In this document: positions 38,934 to 48,380 of the stretch, in pieces
Numbering within the stretch: the stretch's first letter is position 1
Layout of the letters: every line of letters starts with the position of its first letter
IMG/VR virus record: IMGVR_UViG_3300020148_000031
Length of the DNA stretch: 64,000 bases
Reading direction: 5' to 3' (one strand)
From: an uncultured virus (IMG/VR IMGVR_UViG_3300020148_000031)
Lineage: Duplodnaviria > Heunggongvirae > Uroviricota > Caudoviricetes
Program-made: the position numbers and the translations under genes
The notes under the pieces: generated by a model
The model's input: the letters and a program-made list of their open reading frames with translations, nothing else
What the model was told of the DNA's origin: nothing
The model's database searches: none

Positions 38934-41228
38934 TTAAAGTTCTACAACCTTATCAGCAATTGAATCCATATTCTCGTTATGAGCAATAAGAACTACTTGA
39001 CCTTTACACACTTCTTTAATAGTTGAGAGAATCACTTCAGCGCGAGCTTCGTCTTGAGAAACTAGAACTTCATCAAGAATAATAAGGTTTTTGCTGGCTC
39101 CAGAATTTAAAAGCATAGAAATAGCAAGACGCAATGACATACTTGCCGCACTTAATTCTCCACCAGATAACAATCCAACAGGTCGTTCAGAACCGTCTGA
39201 TAAGACAACGGTAGCGTTGAATTTATGATCAAGTTTAAGTCTGCTAAATTTACCTTCAGTAAATCGGTTAAGAAGATCACTAGCATATACTTCGATAACG
39301 GGAATAGAATTTCTTATACGATCTTCCCTAAACTCTTCAATAAGATTTGTAGAGTGCGATGTAATTTCGATTGATTTTAAGAGATTCTTGTATTTCTCAA
39401 TTTCTTTCTCAGATTTTTCAATCTTTTCAATTAAAAACTCATCTTTTTGCGCAAGAAGATTTTTGTCATTTCTGGCATCGGAGTGTTCTTTAATAAGAAT
39501 ATTATGTTTTTGTCTTAAATCTTCAAGTTCTTGTTTTAACTTTTTGAAAGAAGATGTAGACATTATTTTAATTTCTTTCAAAAGACTCTCAATTTCAATA
39601 ACTCTTCTTTTGTCATTTTCAATTTCACTTGAAAGGCTTTGGACTGATTTAAGAATTTGGTCATATTCAGTTTTAAATTCTTCTGAGCGTTTTGCTTCAG
39701 AATATAATTTATCAAGACCTTTTAATTCTTGCTCTATTGCTGTCTTCTCATTTTTTAATATAAAGATATCACGTTCTTTAATGGATTTTTCTGAAAGGAT
39801 TCTTTCGGATTCTTCTAGTGCTTTTATAAGAACTTCAAATTTATCAATAATTATTTGAGAGTTTTCAATCTTTTGATCAGCACTTGAAATAACATTTTGC
39901 TCTTTAAGAATTTCATCTAGAAGAGAACTCTTTTTCTTATTAAGTTCAGGTATTACTAATTCTGGATGATCAACATGCTGTAGGCATGTCGGACAAGTTC
40001 GATCATCGCTATTAATAATACTAATGGCATTTTCAATTTGATCAATTCCAGATTGATGTTTAATAATCTCTTGCTTTTTCTTTTCTTTAAATCTAGTAAC
40101 TTTTGATAATTCTGACCTTTTTTCTTCTAGCATAGAAATAGCAATTTTAAGATCTTTAACTTTAGCAGAATCAATAAGGTCTGAGTATTCTTTAAAAGAT
40201 TTTGAATCTTTTTCTAGATCAGTTACAAGACGGTCAAGTTTTATATCAACACTAAGTAAATCATTCTTTAAAGAATTCACTTTTGGTTCTATTTCAGAAA
40301 GAGAAATAGAGCTAGAAAGATTTGAAAGTCTCTTTTGTTTTTCTTTTTTCTCAGCGCTGAGTTTTATAAAATCGTTCTCTCTAATTTTAATTTTCTCTTC
40401 AAGTACTGCTTTTTCACTTTTTAAACTAGAAGAATCTTCTTCCTTCTTAGTTTCTTCATCAACTCTTTCTTTTAAAGAAACCCCTTTATCTTTTACAATT
40501 TCTAGCTCTTCCGATAAGGATTTAAATTTTAAAGAAATTTCGTCCAGTTTCTTTGAGTTTTCTTTTTGTTCCTTCTTCAAGGCTTTTAGAGAATCCTCAT
40601 CAACATCTGTAAATGTAGCAGACTTTTTTAGAAGATTTAACTCTTGTCTTGATTCAACAAGAGCACTTGTAATACTAGAGATTCCCGTAAGTTTTTCAAT
40701 AACCTGGGCACGCTCACGAGGCCCAGAACTAATAAGTTGATCAACTTGTTTTTGCTGAACAAGTATAGCGGCTAAGAAACCCGCTTCATCCATTTTTAAC
40801 CTTTTACGAATATAAGGTTCTGAATGCGACACTGATGGCCCAGCAACTTGTTTATAAGTTTTATTATTATATGTGTAGTCACCTGAATCAGACTCTTCCC
40901 ACACTTCACATTCTACTCCACCAGTCTTAGAGACAATTCTTCTTTCAACGAGAATCTCTAAACCGTCAACCTCTAAAAGAAGCTTAGCGAAAAATTTATC
41001 TTTACCAAATTCGGCTTTGTCGCGCATAATAGAGGCTGCTTTTGGAACACCCGTAGGTTTAGTCCCATAAAGTATCCATGAAATACTATCAACTATTGTT
41101 GACTTTCCTGCCCCGTTTGCACCACTGATAGCAGTGATACCTTCTGATTCTGGAGTGAATATTGTATGCGTATGAGAGCGTATATTGGAGAGCTCTACTC
41201 GATTTAATTTAATAGTCATATTGTTCAT
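38934..41228 (-). CDS. SbcC/Rad50-like SMC ATPase
   Basis: GANGAGKST, long coiled coil with CPTC zinc hook, LSGGE signature, IILDE Walker B. Confidence 0.9.
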   Translation of the reverse strand: MNNMTIKLNRVELSNIRSHTHTIFTPESEGITAISGANGAGKSTIVDSISWILYGTKPTGVPKAASIMRDKAEFGKDKFFAKLLLEVDGLEILVERRIVSKTGGVECEVWEESDSGDYTYNNKTYKQVAGPSVSHSEPYIRKRLKMDEAGFLAAILVQQKQVDQLISSGPRERAQVIEKLTGISSITSALVESRQELNLLKKSATFTDVDEDSLKALKKEQKENSKKLDEISLKFKSLSEELEIVKDKGVSLKERVDEETKKEEDSSSLKSEKAVLEEKIKIRENDFIKLSAEKKEKQKRLSNLSSSISLSEIEPKVNSLKNDLLSVDIKLDRLVTDLEKDSKSFKEYSDLIDSAKVKDLKIAISMLEEKRSELSKVTRFKEKKKQEIIKHQSGIDQIENAISIINSDDRTCPTCLQHVDHPELVIPELNKKKSSLLDEILKEQNVISSADQKIENSQIIIDKFEVLIKALEESERILSEKSIKERDIFILKNEKTAIEQELKGLDKLYSEAKRSEEFKTEYDQILKSVQSLSSEIENDKRRVIEIESLLKEIKIMSTSSFKKLKQELEDLRQKHNILIKEHSDARNDKNLLAQKDEFLIEKIEKSEKEIEKYKNLLKSIEITSHSTNLIEEFREDRIRNSIPVIEVYASDLLNRFTEGKFSRLKLDHKFNATVVLSDGSERPVGLLSGGELSAASMSLRLAISMLLNSGASKNLIILDEVLVSQDEARAEVILSTIKEVCKGQVVLIAHNENMDSIADKVVEL

Positions 41229-41297
41229 ATTATACCAACATCACTATCATCAAACTGTATAGATAATTTTATATACTATCTATTTTAAGGAGCAAAG

Positions 41298-41438
41298 ATG
41301 CTAATTATTGTTGATAAAGAACATGAGATATGGAAAGAAATTTCATATAATACATTTTCTTATTCTAGAAATAAAAATGTTATTCTTTCGAAAGAAGCTC
41401 TTGAAAGAGCATGGGGACCTCTTAAAGCTCTAGAATAA
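41298..41438 (+). CDS. 46-aa hypothetical protein
   Basis: Not in the ORF track; AAGGAG RBS; MLIIVDKEHEIWKEISYNTFSYSRNKNVILSKEALERAWGPLKALE fills the intergenic gap. Confidence 0.5.
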   Translation: MLIIVDKEHEIWKEISYNTFSYSRNKNVILSKEALERAWGPLKALE

Positions 41439-41442
41439 TCTA

Positions 41443-42045
41443 TTAAGAAGTAAGAGAGGATGACAATCTAACTTCTTCTACTAATGAGTAAGGTGCAAGT
41501 TTCCATTCACCATCAACGTATAGGAACTCTAATGAGAAATAACTTTGTGTTCCAGTGAATGCGCTTAGAGGTACAAAAGCCTGACCATTCTCTTTATCTA
41601 GATATATAGTAGAATATGCAACATCATTATAAGGTGTTATTTCACTATTCTCGTTATTTGTGATAATAGCTTGCGAAAGAGCAATAAGAGTCTGATAAAG
41701 ATCAATAGTATTGCTAGAGCTTCCTGAGAACTCCTCTGTAAGAATTATTTTATCATTAAGTTCTTCATTAATAACGGATAAGTCACCTGAGTCAAGTTTT
41801 TGTAATCTTGCATCAAAAGTATCATCATTGGGTGATGCGGATGCTATTTGCAATAATTCTGTAGCGGATAAGAGAATATCCTTCTTTACGTCAGTAGAAT
41901 TTTCATTTATTAATGAATTTTCTTTAAGCAAAGAAGTAGAATTATCTGATGTGTCTCTATTTAACACTATAAAGAAAGAAATAGAAAGAATAATTATCCC
42001 AATTACAGAACCAACAATAATCTTTAAATATGTTTTATTATTCAT
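41443..42045 (-). CDS. Membrane-anchored protein
   Basis: N-terminal TM; C-terminal YVDGEWKL. Confidence 0.6.
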   Translation of the reverse strand: MNNKTYLKIIVGSVIGIIILSISFFIVLNRDTSDNSTSLLKENSLINENSTDVKKDILLSATELLQIASASPNDDTFDARLQKLDSGDLSVINEELNDKIILTEEFSGSSSNTIDLYQTLIALSQAIITNNENSEITPYNDVAYSTIYLDKENGQAFVPLSAFTGTQSYFSLEFLYVDGEWKLAPYSLVEEVRLSSSLTS

Positions 42046-42490
42046 TTTCTATCTTCCTTTGTCTAAGATAATCTATATAAATAAGAATAAGAGAAATGAG
42101 AAGAAAAAGCCCAAAAGTAGAAAATATAATAACATTTCTATAAGAATAAAGGGTGACTAATTGAGGTACGAATTCTAATCCATTAGCAGTCATATCTTGA
42201 AGAAGAGCATCACTTATATCATTCGTGGAAAGTAAATTTAAAGAACCCTTGCCTAATACTGATTCTATTTTATTAAACTGGTAGACTAGACTTGTAATAA
42301 GAAAAACTGGAATAACAAGTACGGCACCTGCCCAAAAAATAGGACGCCTAAATAAAGGGAATCTTACATGTTTTTTCTTTTTTACTTTTGAAATTGAAAA
42401 ATTGTCTTTCTCCTCAACAACTTTTATTGTTTCTTTAACAGAAAGTTGTTTCTTAATAAAATTCTTTTCTTGGGGAGAAAGTTCTCTCAT
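42038..42490 (-). CDS. Two-TM membrane protein
   Basis: Two hydrophobic helices. Confidence 0.6.
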   Translation of the reverse strand: MRELSPQEKNFIKKQLSVKETIKVVEEKDNFSISKVKKKKHVRFPLFRRPIFWAGAVLVIPVFLITSLVYQFNKIESVLGKGSLNLLSTNDISDALLQDMTANGLEFVPQLVTLYSYRNVIIFSTFGLFLLISLILIYIDYLRQRKIENE

Positions 42491-43773
42491 TATAATGCTT
42501 CCTCATTTCCCATTGAAGTTAAATAGTTTCCAAGTTCTTGAACAAAGTCCTCTGAAATTTCTTTAATTTTTCCAAGGTTCAACTCACTAGAGTCAACTTG
42601 TGAAAGAATCGAAAATGCATCATCATATAATCCGGTTCTAATAGCTGATTCAATGATAGAGTATGAAAGCTTATTAGCGAGAGAAATATCTGAGGCTACT
42701 ACTTCATTTGGTACAGCACTACCTGAAAGATTTCCAGTTGCTAACTTCTCGTCAGAATTTTCTTCCCACGTAAGAGTTGTAGCTGTTTTAGATTTAGTCC
42801 AAGCTCTATGCTTTTCTTCAAGATCATTAAATTTATCTTGTGCTATATCCATTTGAATAGCTATTTCTTGAGGTGTAAATACTCTTTCTCCAAGTTTTTC
42901 CTTTAGGGAATCAATAGCTTTTGCTCGTTGACGTTGGAATACACTAAGATCTTCACCAAGATGAATATTTGGAAGATCATAAGGCCATCGTTTTAAAACA
43001 GAATTAAGGTATCCGCTGAAGGGGACACTTGTAGATTCATCAAATTTTTCAATAGCCGTTAAAACCCAAAGTATAATTTGCGATTCTTGATCTTCGGGCT
43101 CTGGAAGGAATAAACGAATTGTCTCCATTTCTCTTTTTACTAAACTTTTACTAAAGTTTTTATAAAAAACTACAAGTCCGTTAGCAAAAGCTGGAGTAAA
43201 ATCAACAATTTCTCTTCTTCTAGCAACTGATCTGGAGTATATCTTTCCAATTTCAGTTGAAGAGTGATTTTTAAATACTTCTTCTATTTTTTCTTTTACA
43301 AAAGACGAATTAAGACTATATGCCTTATACTTTCCCGGTTCGGATTCTCTTACTTTTGCGATTCCTCTTAATGCTTCAATAATTTCTGAAGCAACAGTAG
43401 ACGAGCAAACAAAAGAAACAATACCCACTTCTCTTAGTGGAGCATTAAGGAAGCCTTCAGTTTCAGTCATGTCATCCCAGATTCTTGGTGGGAACAAGAA
43501 GTCAACTATTTGATCTCCTACATTAAGTGAGTTTTCTCTATACCATTTATATATAGAAGATAAAGGGAACCGATATGATTTTGCACCAGTTGGCGATTGA
43601 ACAAGAGTTCCATCTTCTAAATGAGCTTCAACCCATTCGTTAATTTCTTCTTCAGAAACTTTAGAAAGCTTTCTCCATTTGGTAAGGGAATACCACATAC
43701 CGTCTGAAACAATAGCACCAATGCGAAATTCTGGTGGCTGTTTTTTAAAGGTTTCTCTTGTAAGAGTAATCAT
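42490..43773 (-). CDS. Sigma-70-like protein with N-terminal extension
   Basis: LTAIEKFDESTSVPFSGYL (region 2), LGERVFTPQEIAIQMDI (region 3); possible N-terminal HTH. Confidence 0.65.
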   Translation of the reverse strand: MITLTRETFKKQPPEFRIGAIVSDGMWYSLTKWRKLSKVSEEEINEWVEAHLEDGTLVQSPTGAKSYRFPLSSIYKWYRENSLNVGDQIVDFLFPPRIWDDMTETEGFLNAPLREVGIVSFVCSSTVASEIIEALRGIAKVRESEPGKYKAYSLNSSFVKEKIEEVFKNHSSTEIGKIYSRSVARRREIVDFTPAFANGLVVFYKNFSKSLVKREMETIRLFLPEPEDQESQIILWVLTAIEKFDESTSVPFSGYLNSVLKRWPYDLPNIHLGEDLSVFQRQRAKAIDSLKEKLGERVFTPQEIAIQMDIAQDKFNDLEEKHRAWTKSKTATTLTWEENSDEKLATGNLSGSAVPNEVVASDISLANKLSYSIIESAIRTGLYDDAFSILSQVDSSELNLGKIKEISEDFVQELGNYLTSMGNEEAL

Positions 43774-43799
43774 ATATTTACTTATACCTTATCTAGTTA

Positions 43800-44102
43800 T
43801 TAATGAACTTGTGTGAAGTGTGGGGTAAAACGATCAGTTGTTCTAAAAACAGTTCTTAAATTTTCGAAGAAAGAAAGAACGTCTTCATTTGAAGCAACAA
43901 GAGGTTTTTGTATTTTATAGATCATTTCATAGCTCTCACTAAATTCAGGATCTATTGTTTTAAATGTCGAGTCTTGAAAATACTGATTCATTATATTAGT
44001 AATATTATTAATATGCAGTTGTGAATCAGAATCATCAGGAATATGGAATGCTAAGAAAACGTAAAGATCGTTTTCGTTGGATAATGTTTTTAACTTACTC
44101 AT
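43800..44102 (-). CDS. Hypothetical protein
   Basis: 100-aa ORF with TGATATAAT just upstream. Confidence 0.55.
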   Translation of the reverse strand: MSKLKTLSNENDLYVFLAFHIPDDSDSQLHINNITNIMNQYFQDSTFKTIDPEFSESYEMIYKIQKPLVASNEDVLSFFENLRTVFRTTDRFTPHFTQVH

Positions 44103-44147
44103 AGTAAAAATTATATCAAAATAAAAACGTTTTTTATTCCTTATTTG

Positions 44148-44186
44148 TATACTCTTAAAGCACCCGTAGGTGCCTTTAAGAGTATA
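44148..44186 (-). terminator. Long stem-loop after the sigma-70 gene
   Basis: tatactcttaaagcacc-cgta-ggtgcctttaagagtata. Confidence 0.7.
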
Positions 44187-44194
44187 AGTACGAT

Positions 44195-45091
44195 TTATTC
44201 TATAAAGTCAGTAAATGAAACATCATAATCTTTTAGTTCCATTTTGATCTTTACGAGAGAGTTATTAAGAATTTTCTTGAAACGGGAGGGCGGAAGGCTG
44301 TATTTTTCACGAACAAGTTTAGGGGTAAGAACTTCATCAACAATTCCGTCCATTGAGAATGATGATGCAATGACGTTTCTTTCAACTTCTGTAAGAGAAT
44401 TCATAATATCCATTAGGATAGATGACATTTCAGTTTTAAGGAAGTTGTCTTCAGCAGCTTCTTGAGCATTATCTTCACCAACAAAATCAATAAGCTCTTT
44501 AGTGCTTCCATTTTCTGAAGAAATTACTTTATTAAGACTTGCGGGAGTAAGCGCTGCAGCTCGAATATCAGCAATCTCAACAGATGAAAGTTTAGTTTCT
44601 TGTTTAATCTTCTCATCTAATTGAGCCTGTGAAAGATCATGAGATTCGTAACGGTTTGAGATTTTTGACATTTTCATAAAGTCAGCAATGCGATTTTCGG
44701 GAAGTCTGACGAGGCGGCCATTTTTATTAGTCCCTCGACCAATTGCTTGACTTACCCAATAGAAGGCGACAGTTGAAAATTTATTTTCAAGATTAGGGTC
44801 AAATTTATAAGCTGCGGTAACTAGACCTGTCATTCCTTCTTGGATAAGATCCTCAAGGTCCGGAGCCGCAGGAAATTTGCTCTTGAATATGCGCGCTCGA
44901 TCATAAACTAAACCTGTATTAGCGTTAATCAACTTATCAAGAGCTTGCTTACCATCTTCAATGATGAGATTTAGATTAGCGATATCCTCGGGATTGTTTG
45001 ATTCGCTCAATTTATCTTTAGCGGAAATCATTGCTTGAATTTTTCCACCGAGTTCGAGTTCAACCTCTTTAGTTAAATGCTTACTTGCCAT
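44195..45091 (-). CDS. RNA polymerase sigma-70 family factor (RpoD/SigB-like)
   Basis: LTKEVELELG (1.2), LINANTGLV, DLIQEGMTGLVTAAYKFDP, KFSTVAFYWV, RLVRLP. Confidence 0.9.
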   Translation of the reverse strand: MASKHLTKEVELELGGKIQAMISAKDKLSESNNPEDIANLNLIIEDGKQALDKLINANTGLVYDRARIFKSKFPAAPDLEDLIQEGMTGLVTAAYKFDPNLENKFSTVAFYWVSQAIGRGTNKNGRLVRLPENRIADFMKMSKISNRYESHDLSQAQLDEKIKQETKLSSVEIADIRAAALTPASLNKVISSENGSTKELIDFVGEDNAQEAAEDNFLKTEMSSILMDIMNSLTEVERNVIASSFSMDGIVDEVLTPKLVREKYSLPPSRFKKILNNSLVKIKMELKDYDVSFTDFIE

Positions 45092-45188
45092 TTTTACCTC
45101 ACTTAAACTTTATCACTTACTTAATTGTATCTTACTTTCTTAAGGTTACATACACATTTTACCAAAAATAATGATAATAATGTCACAC

Positions 45189-45767
45189 TTACAATATTTT
45201 TCCTGTGATTTTTGTTCCATCAGGAAGGGTTATTACAGTTTCATATTCCTTATCAGCAGATGATGATATAACGCCATTAGAGTAAATAAAATTCCCTCTT
45301 TCTGAAATTTCCTTTAATTCTTTTGACCTTTCATTATTATTATAATTGATATTTTGTTTTTGGTCAAATCCTTCTAGTAAAGGATTAATAACATTATCTG
45401 TCTGAATAGATTCTGTAAAATCTACTTTGTTCTTCTCATAATCAGGGTCATAATCTTCTTCTGAAGAGCTACTTTTTTGAGCGGCCTCAAACATGAGTTT
45501 TAACTCTTCAGCGCTTTGAACTTTAAGAACTTTATCTTTTTCTTCTTTAGTGAGAGCTCCAGAATTTAATAATTCTGACCTTAATGATTCTAAAAGAATA
45601 AGATCTTTGGGGATTAAAGTTTTCTGCCTTGGGAAATTTCTCTCAATTAATTCTGGAGTTTCTCTATGAATCTTAATAATTTCTTTATCTTCGTTTTCTT
45701 TACTCTTTAAGAAATCTTCTCTTTTTTTCAAAGACTCTTTAGCTTTTTTTCTTTTACTCCAAAACAT
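45189..45767 (-). CDS. Hypothetical protein
   Basis: 192-aa charged ORF. Confidence 0.6.
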   Translation of the reverse strand: MFWSKRKKAKESLKKREDFLKSKENEDKEIIKIHRETPELIERNFPRQKTLIPKDLILLESLRSELLNSGALTKEEKDKVLKVQSAEELKLMFEAAQKSSSSEEDYDPDYEKNKVDFTESIQTDNVINPLLEGFDQKQNINYNNNERSKELKEISERGNFIYSNGVISSSADKEYETVITLPDGTKITGKIL

Positions 45768-45776
45768 AAGAGCTCC

Positions 45777-46193
45777 TTAAAGAAGTTCGCTATTGCGAAA
45801 TTGAACAGTATTAATTGAAATATCGTTAAAGATTTCATCTATTCCACGAGATTTTAATTCTCTCAAGATTTGTATTGCGATATCTTTATAATATTCTTTA
45901 TCTGAATTAAGATCATCAGATAAGAACGTAATTCCTAATGCTACCTTATATAAATTATCCGTATCTTTATATGGAGCAATTCTTAATGAAGAATATTCGC
46001 TGTTTAAAATAGTAATAAGATCAAGAGGACCTTTACGTGATACTAACTCTAAAAGACGATAAATGTATCCAGATAAATTCCGAGATTGTTCTTTTTCAAG
46101 CAATTCGCTAATTTTTTTAATAATAGCTTCTTTTTGAATGCCCGACGAATCTTTCAATTCATTAAGCAGTAAGAGAAAGTTTTCTTGATTCAT
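45777..46193 (-). CDS. Hypothetical protein
   Basis: 138-aa ORF, translationally coupled. Confidence 0.6.
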   Translation of the reverse strand: MNQENFLLLLNELKDSSGIQKEAIIKKISELLEKEQSRNLSGYIYRLLELVSRKGPLDLITILNSEYSSLRIAPYKDTDNLYKVALGITFLSDDLNSDKEYYKDIAIQILRELKSRGIDEIFNDISINTVQFRNSELL

Positions 46194-46426
46194 TATGCTC
46201 CGATGAAAAGCTTTATCCCATAGAAAATAGCGCCACCAATAACACCAATAATTAAAAGCCCCACAATTATACCAATTGTTTGTGAAGTTCGTCTATAAGT
46301 TTTCATACTGACTGAGGAACTCTTTGACTTTATTTTTTTTGGTTTTTCTACTCTACGTAGATCCTCAGGTACTCTAGCCTCAGGATCTTCCATTTTTTTG
46401 TTATTTATTAAACCTTCGAATAACAT
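46193..46426 (-). CDS. Small C-terminally anchored membrane protein
   Basis: C-terminal TM. Confidence 0.6.
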   Translation of the reverse strand: MLFEGLINNKKMEDPEARVPEDLRRVEKPKKIKSKSSSVSMKTYRRTSQTIGIIVGLLIIGVIGGAIFYGIKLFIGA

Positions 46427-46429
46427 TAT

Positions 46430-46981
46430 TTAACTCCCTCCTGAGATTGGAATTCCAAAAATATTTTCTGAACTAATAATAAAAGTAGAACCTGGTTCAC
46501 ATCCACCTGAGATACAAATAACAATGTAATCATTTTCAAGGAATTCTTGATTCGGTTCATTAGGATAATTAACATTTAAAGGCTCATTGTCAACAGCGAT
46601 AATTCCCGGTTCTGCCCATGTAATCTTTCCATAAGGCCCTGCAAGTACTTGAACCTCACCAGTACCATTATGAAGTGTAAAAGCTTGTTGTAGTCTATCT
46701 CCCATAGATGTCTTTTGCTCTTGATTGAAAGAAACAAAAACATTTTCACCGGCGGGGATTACCCCTCCAGTGAAGGTATTATTCTTGACGAGAACAATAC
46801 CTGAATCATCTGTAGGAATAAAACGAACTATTGTTGCTGCAAAGCTAGTATAAATAATAATAATACTTAAAAGCCCAAAACCCACTACCTTTCTAATAGT
46901 AGAAAATAGCATCCGATTAAAAGCACTTTTAGCTATTCTTATATTAGATTGATCCTGTAGAATTTTCGTATTTTCAGACAT
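46430..46981 (-). CDS. Membrane-anchored protein, weakly signal-peptidase (S26/TraF)-like
   Basis: TM followed by a beta domain ending LENDYIV...ISSENIFG; catalytic residues not evident. Confidence 0.4.
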   Translation of the reverse strand: MSENTKILQDQSNIRIAKSAFNRMLFSTIRKVVGFGLLSIIIIYTSFAATIVRFIPTDDSGIVLVKNNTFTGGVIPAGENVFVSFNQEQKTSMGDRLQQAFTLHNGTGEVQVLAGPYGKITWAEPGIIAVDNEPLNVNYPNEPNQEFLENDYIVICISGGCEPGSTFIISSENIFGIPISGGS

Positions 46982-47013
46982 AAAGTTCCGTTCTTTTATT
47001 CGTTATCTTAATA

Positions 47014-47574
47014 TCAAATAAAGTTTGGAATAACCATAAGAAGAATCAATGCTGAAACAATAGTTGATTTGACAGGGTTAGTTTTTATCCAGCTCTTTAC
47101 TCTATTAAAAGAATTTTTAAAAGTAAGAGGTTCAGCGTTCTTTTCTAGAGAATTAATACCTATATAAGCATTGTGAACATTAGTAAAGATAACGCTTAAG
47201 CTTTTACTTAATTCTTTTGTTAGAACAAATTCCACTTCGTCACCGCTAGCGGATTTAATGACGAAAAGTGGTGGGTCATTTCTTAGAGCAAGACGATTCC
47301 TTGGTTTTCCGTTCTCTTTTAACAAACCAAGAACCTCCCAAGAAATAACATGACTTTCTTGTTGAAATATTCCAGAATCTAAGTCTTCATGGAGAAGAAC
47401 ATCATCACCAGCAAGAACTCTTTCATCATCTAACAGATAATCTTCAGTTTGAGAGGATTCTTTTTGATCCAATTGGGATTCATCAATAGGGTTGTTATCT
47501 GCTGATAGACTGTCGTACTCCGCGTTTAGTGATGACACCTTGGCAGTTCTTGCTTTTTTATTTTTATTGGACAT
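47014..47574 (-). CDS. Tail-anchored hypothetical protein
   Basis: C-terminal TM. Confidence 0.6.
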   Translation of the reverse strand: MSNKNKKARTAKVSSLNAEYDSLSADNNPIDESQLDQKESSQTEDYLLDDERVLAGDDVLLHEDLDSGIFQQESHVISWEVLGLLKENGKPRNRLALRNDPPLFVIKSASGDEVEFVLTKELSKSLSVIFTNVHNAYIGINSLEKNAEPLTFKNSFNRVKSWIKTNPVKSTIVSALILLMVIPNFI

Positions 47575-47609
47575 AAAAACCTTCTTATCTTCTTTCCTTT
47601 ATTATTATA

Positions 47610-48380
47610 TCAATTATTTGAAGGGTGTATTACTTCCTGACTAGTAAAATCAGACGAGAAATCCTTATAAAAAGTTTCATAATCTGGGTTTTTCCACAAA
47701 GCTAAAAGGTAAGGATTAGTGAAATTATCAGCAGAATAAAGAAGCCATTCGCTATTATCTTTTATAAAGGAAAGAGTAACAGAATTATTATTAGATGAAA
47801 GTGAATTCTTATAGTAACTTCCGTCCCATCCAGAATCATCAGCTGTAGGGACAAACATTGTAATTGTTGAAGAAAAAGTAAGAGTTCCAGTTATGAAAGC
47901 GTAAGTAGAATCTCCATCTTGAATTAATTCTCCCTTATCGTTAGGAATGAACTCGAAAGAATCAATGGTATACCCCATAAGATTTTCTTTTTCTGGAGTG
48001 AATGTATCCCAATTGTCCGTAATACTTGAATCATAGAATGCTGGACTTCCTACTTTTATGAAATCTCTTATAGTATAATAAGCGTTTTCTCGGGAAATAA
48101 ATTCATTAGAATTGTTATCCTCAATGTCTCTTTTTATTGTAGAAACATTCTGAGGATTAATCGTGTCTGAAATAACTCCAAAATTTCCAACTGAATTCAT
48201 TAGAATTTCATTCAAACTTTGTATTGAAAGAATGTCAGTAGAACTTATTTCATAAGTGTCATTAGTAATTTCTTCTTGAGTAGGATTAAAAAATCGTAGA
48301 ATAAGGAATGTAAATCCTGCTAAAATTAGCAAAATTATTGTCCCTACAATAAATAACCCCTTTTTATTTTCTCTATTCAT
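47610..48380 (-). CDS. Membrane-anchored protein in the conjugation region
   Basis: N-terminal TM; adjacent to the peptidoglycan hydrolase. Confidence 0.6.
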   Translation of the reverse strand: MNRENKKGLFIVGTIILLILAGFTFLILRFFNPTQEEITNDTYEISSTDILSIQSLNEILMNSVGNFGVISDTINPQNVSTIKRDIEDNNSNEFISRENAYYTIRDFIKVGSPAFYDSSITDNWDTFTPEKENLMGYTIDSFEFIPNDKGELIQDGDSTYAFITGTLTFSSTITMFVPTADDSGWDGSYYKNSLSSNNNSVTLSFIKDNSEWLLYSADNFTNPYLLALWKNPDYETFYKDFSSDFTSQEVIHPSNN

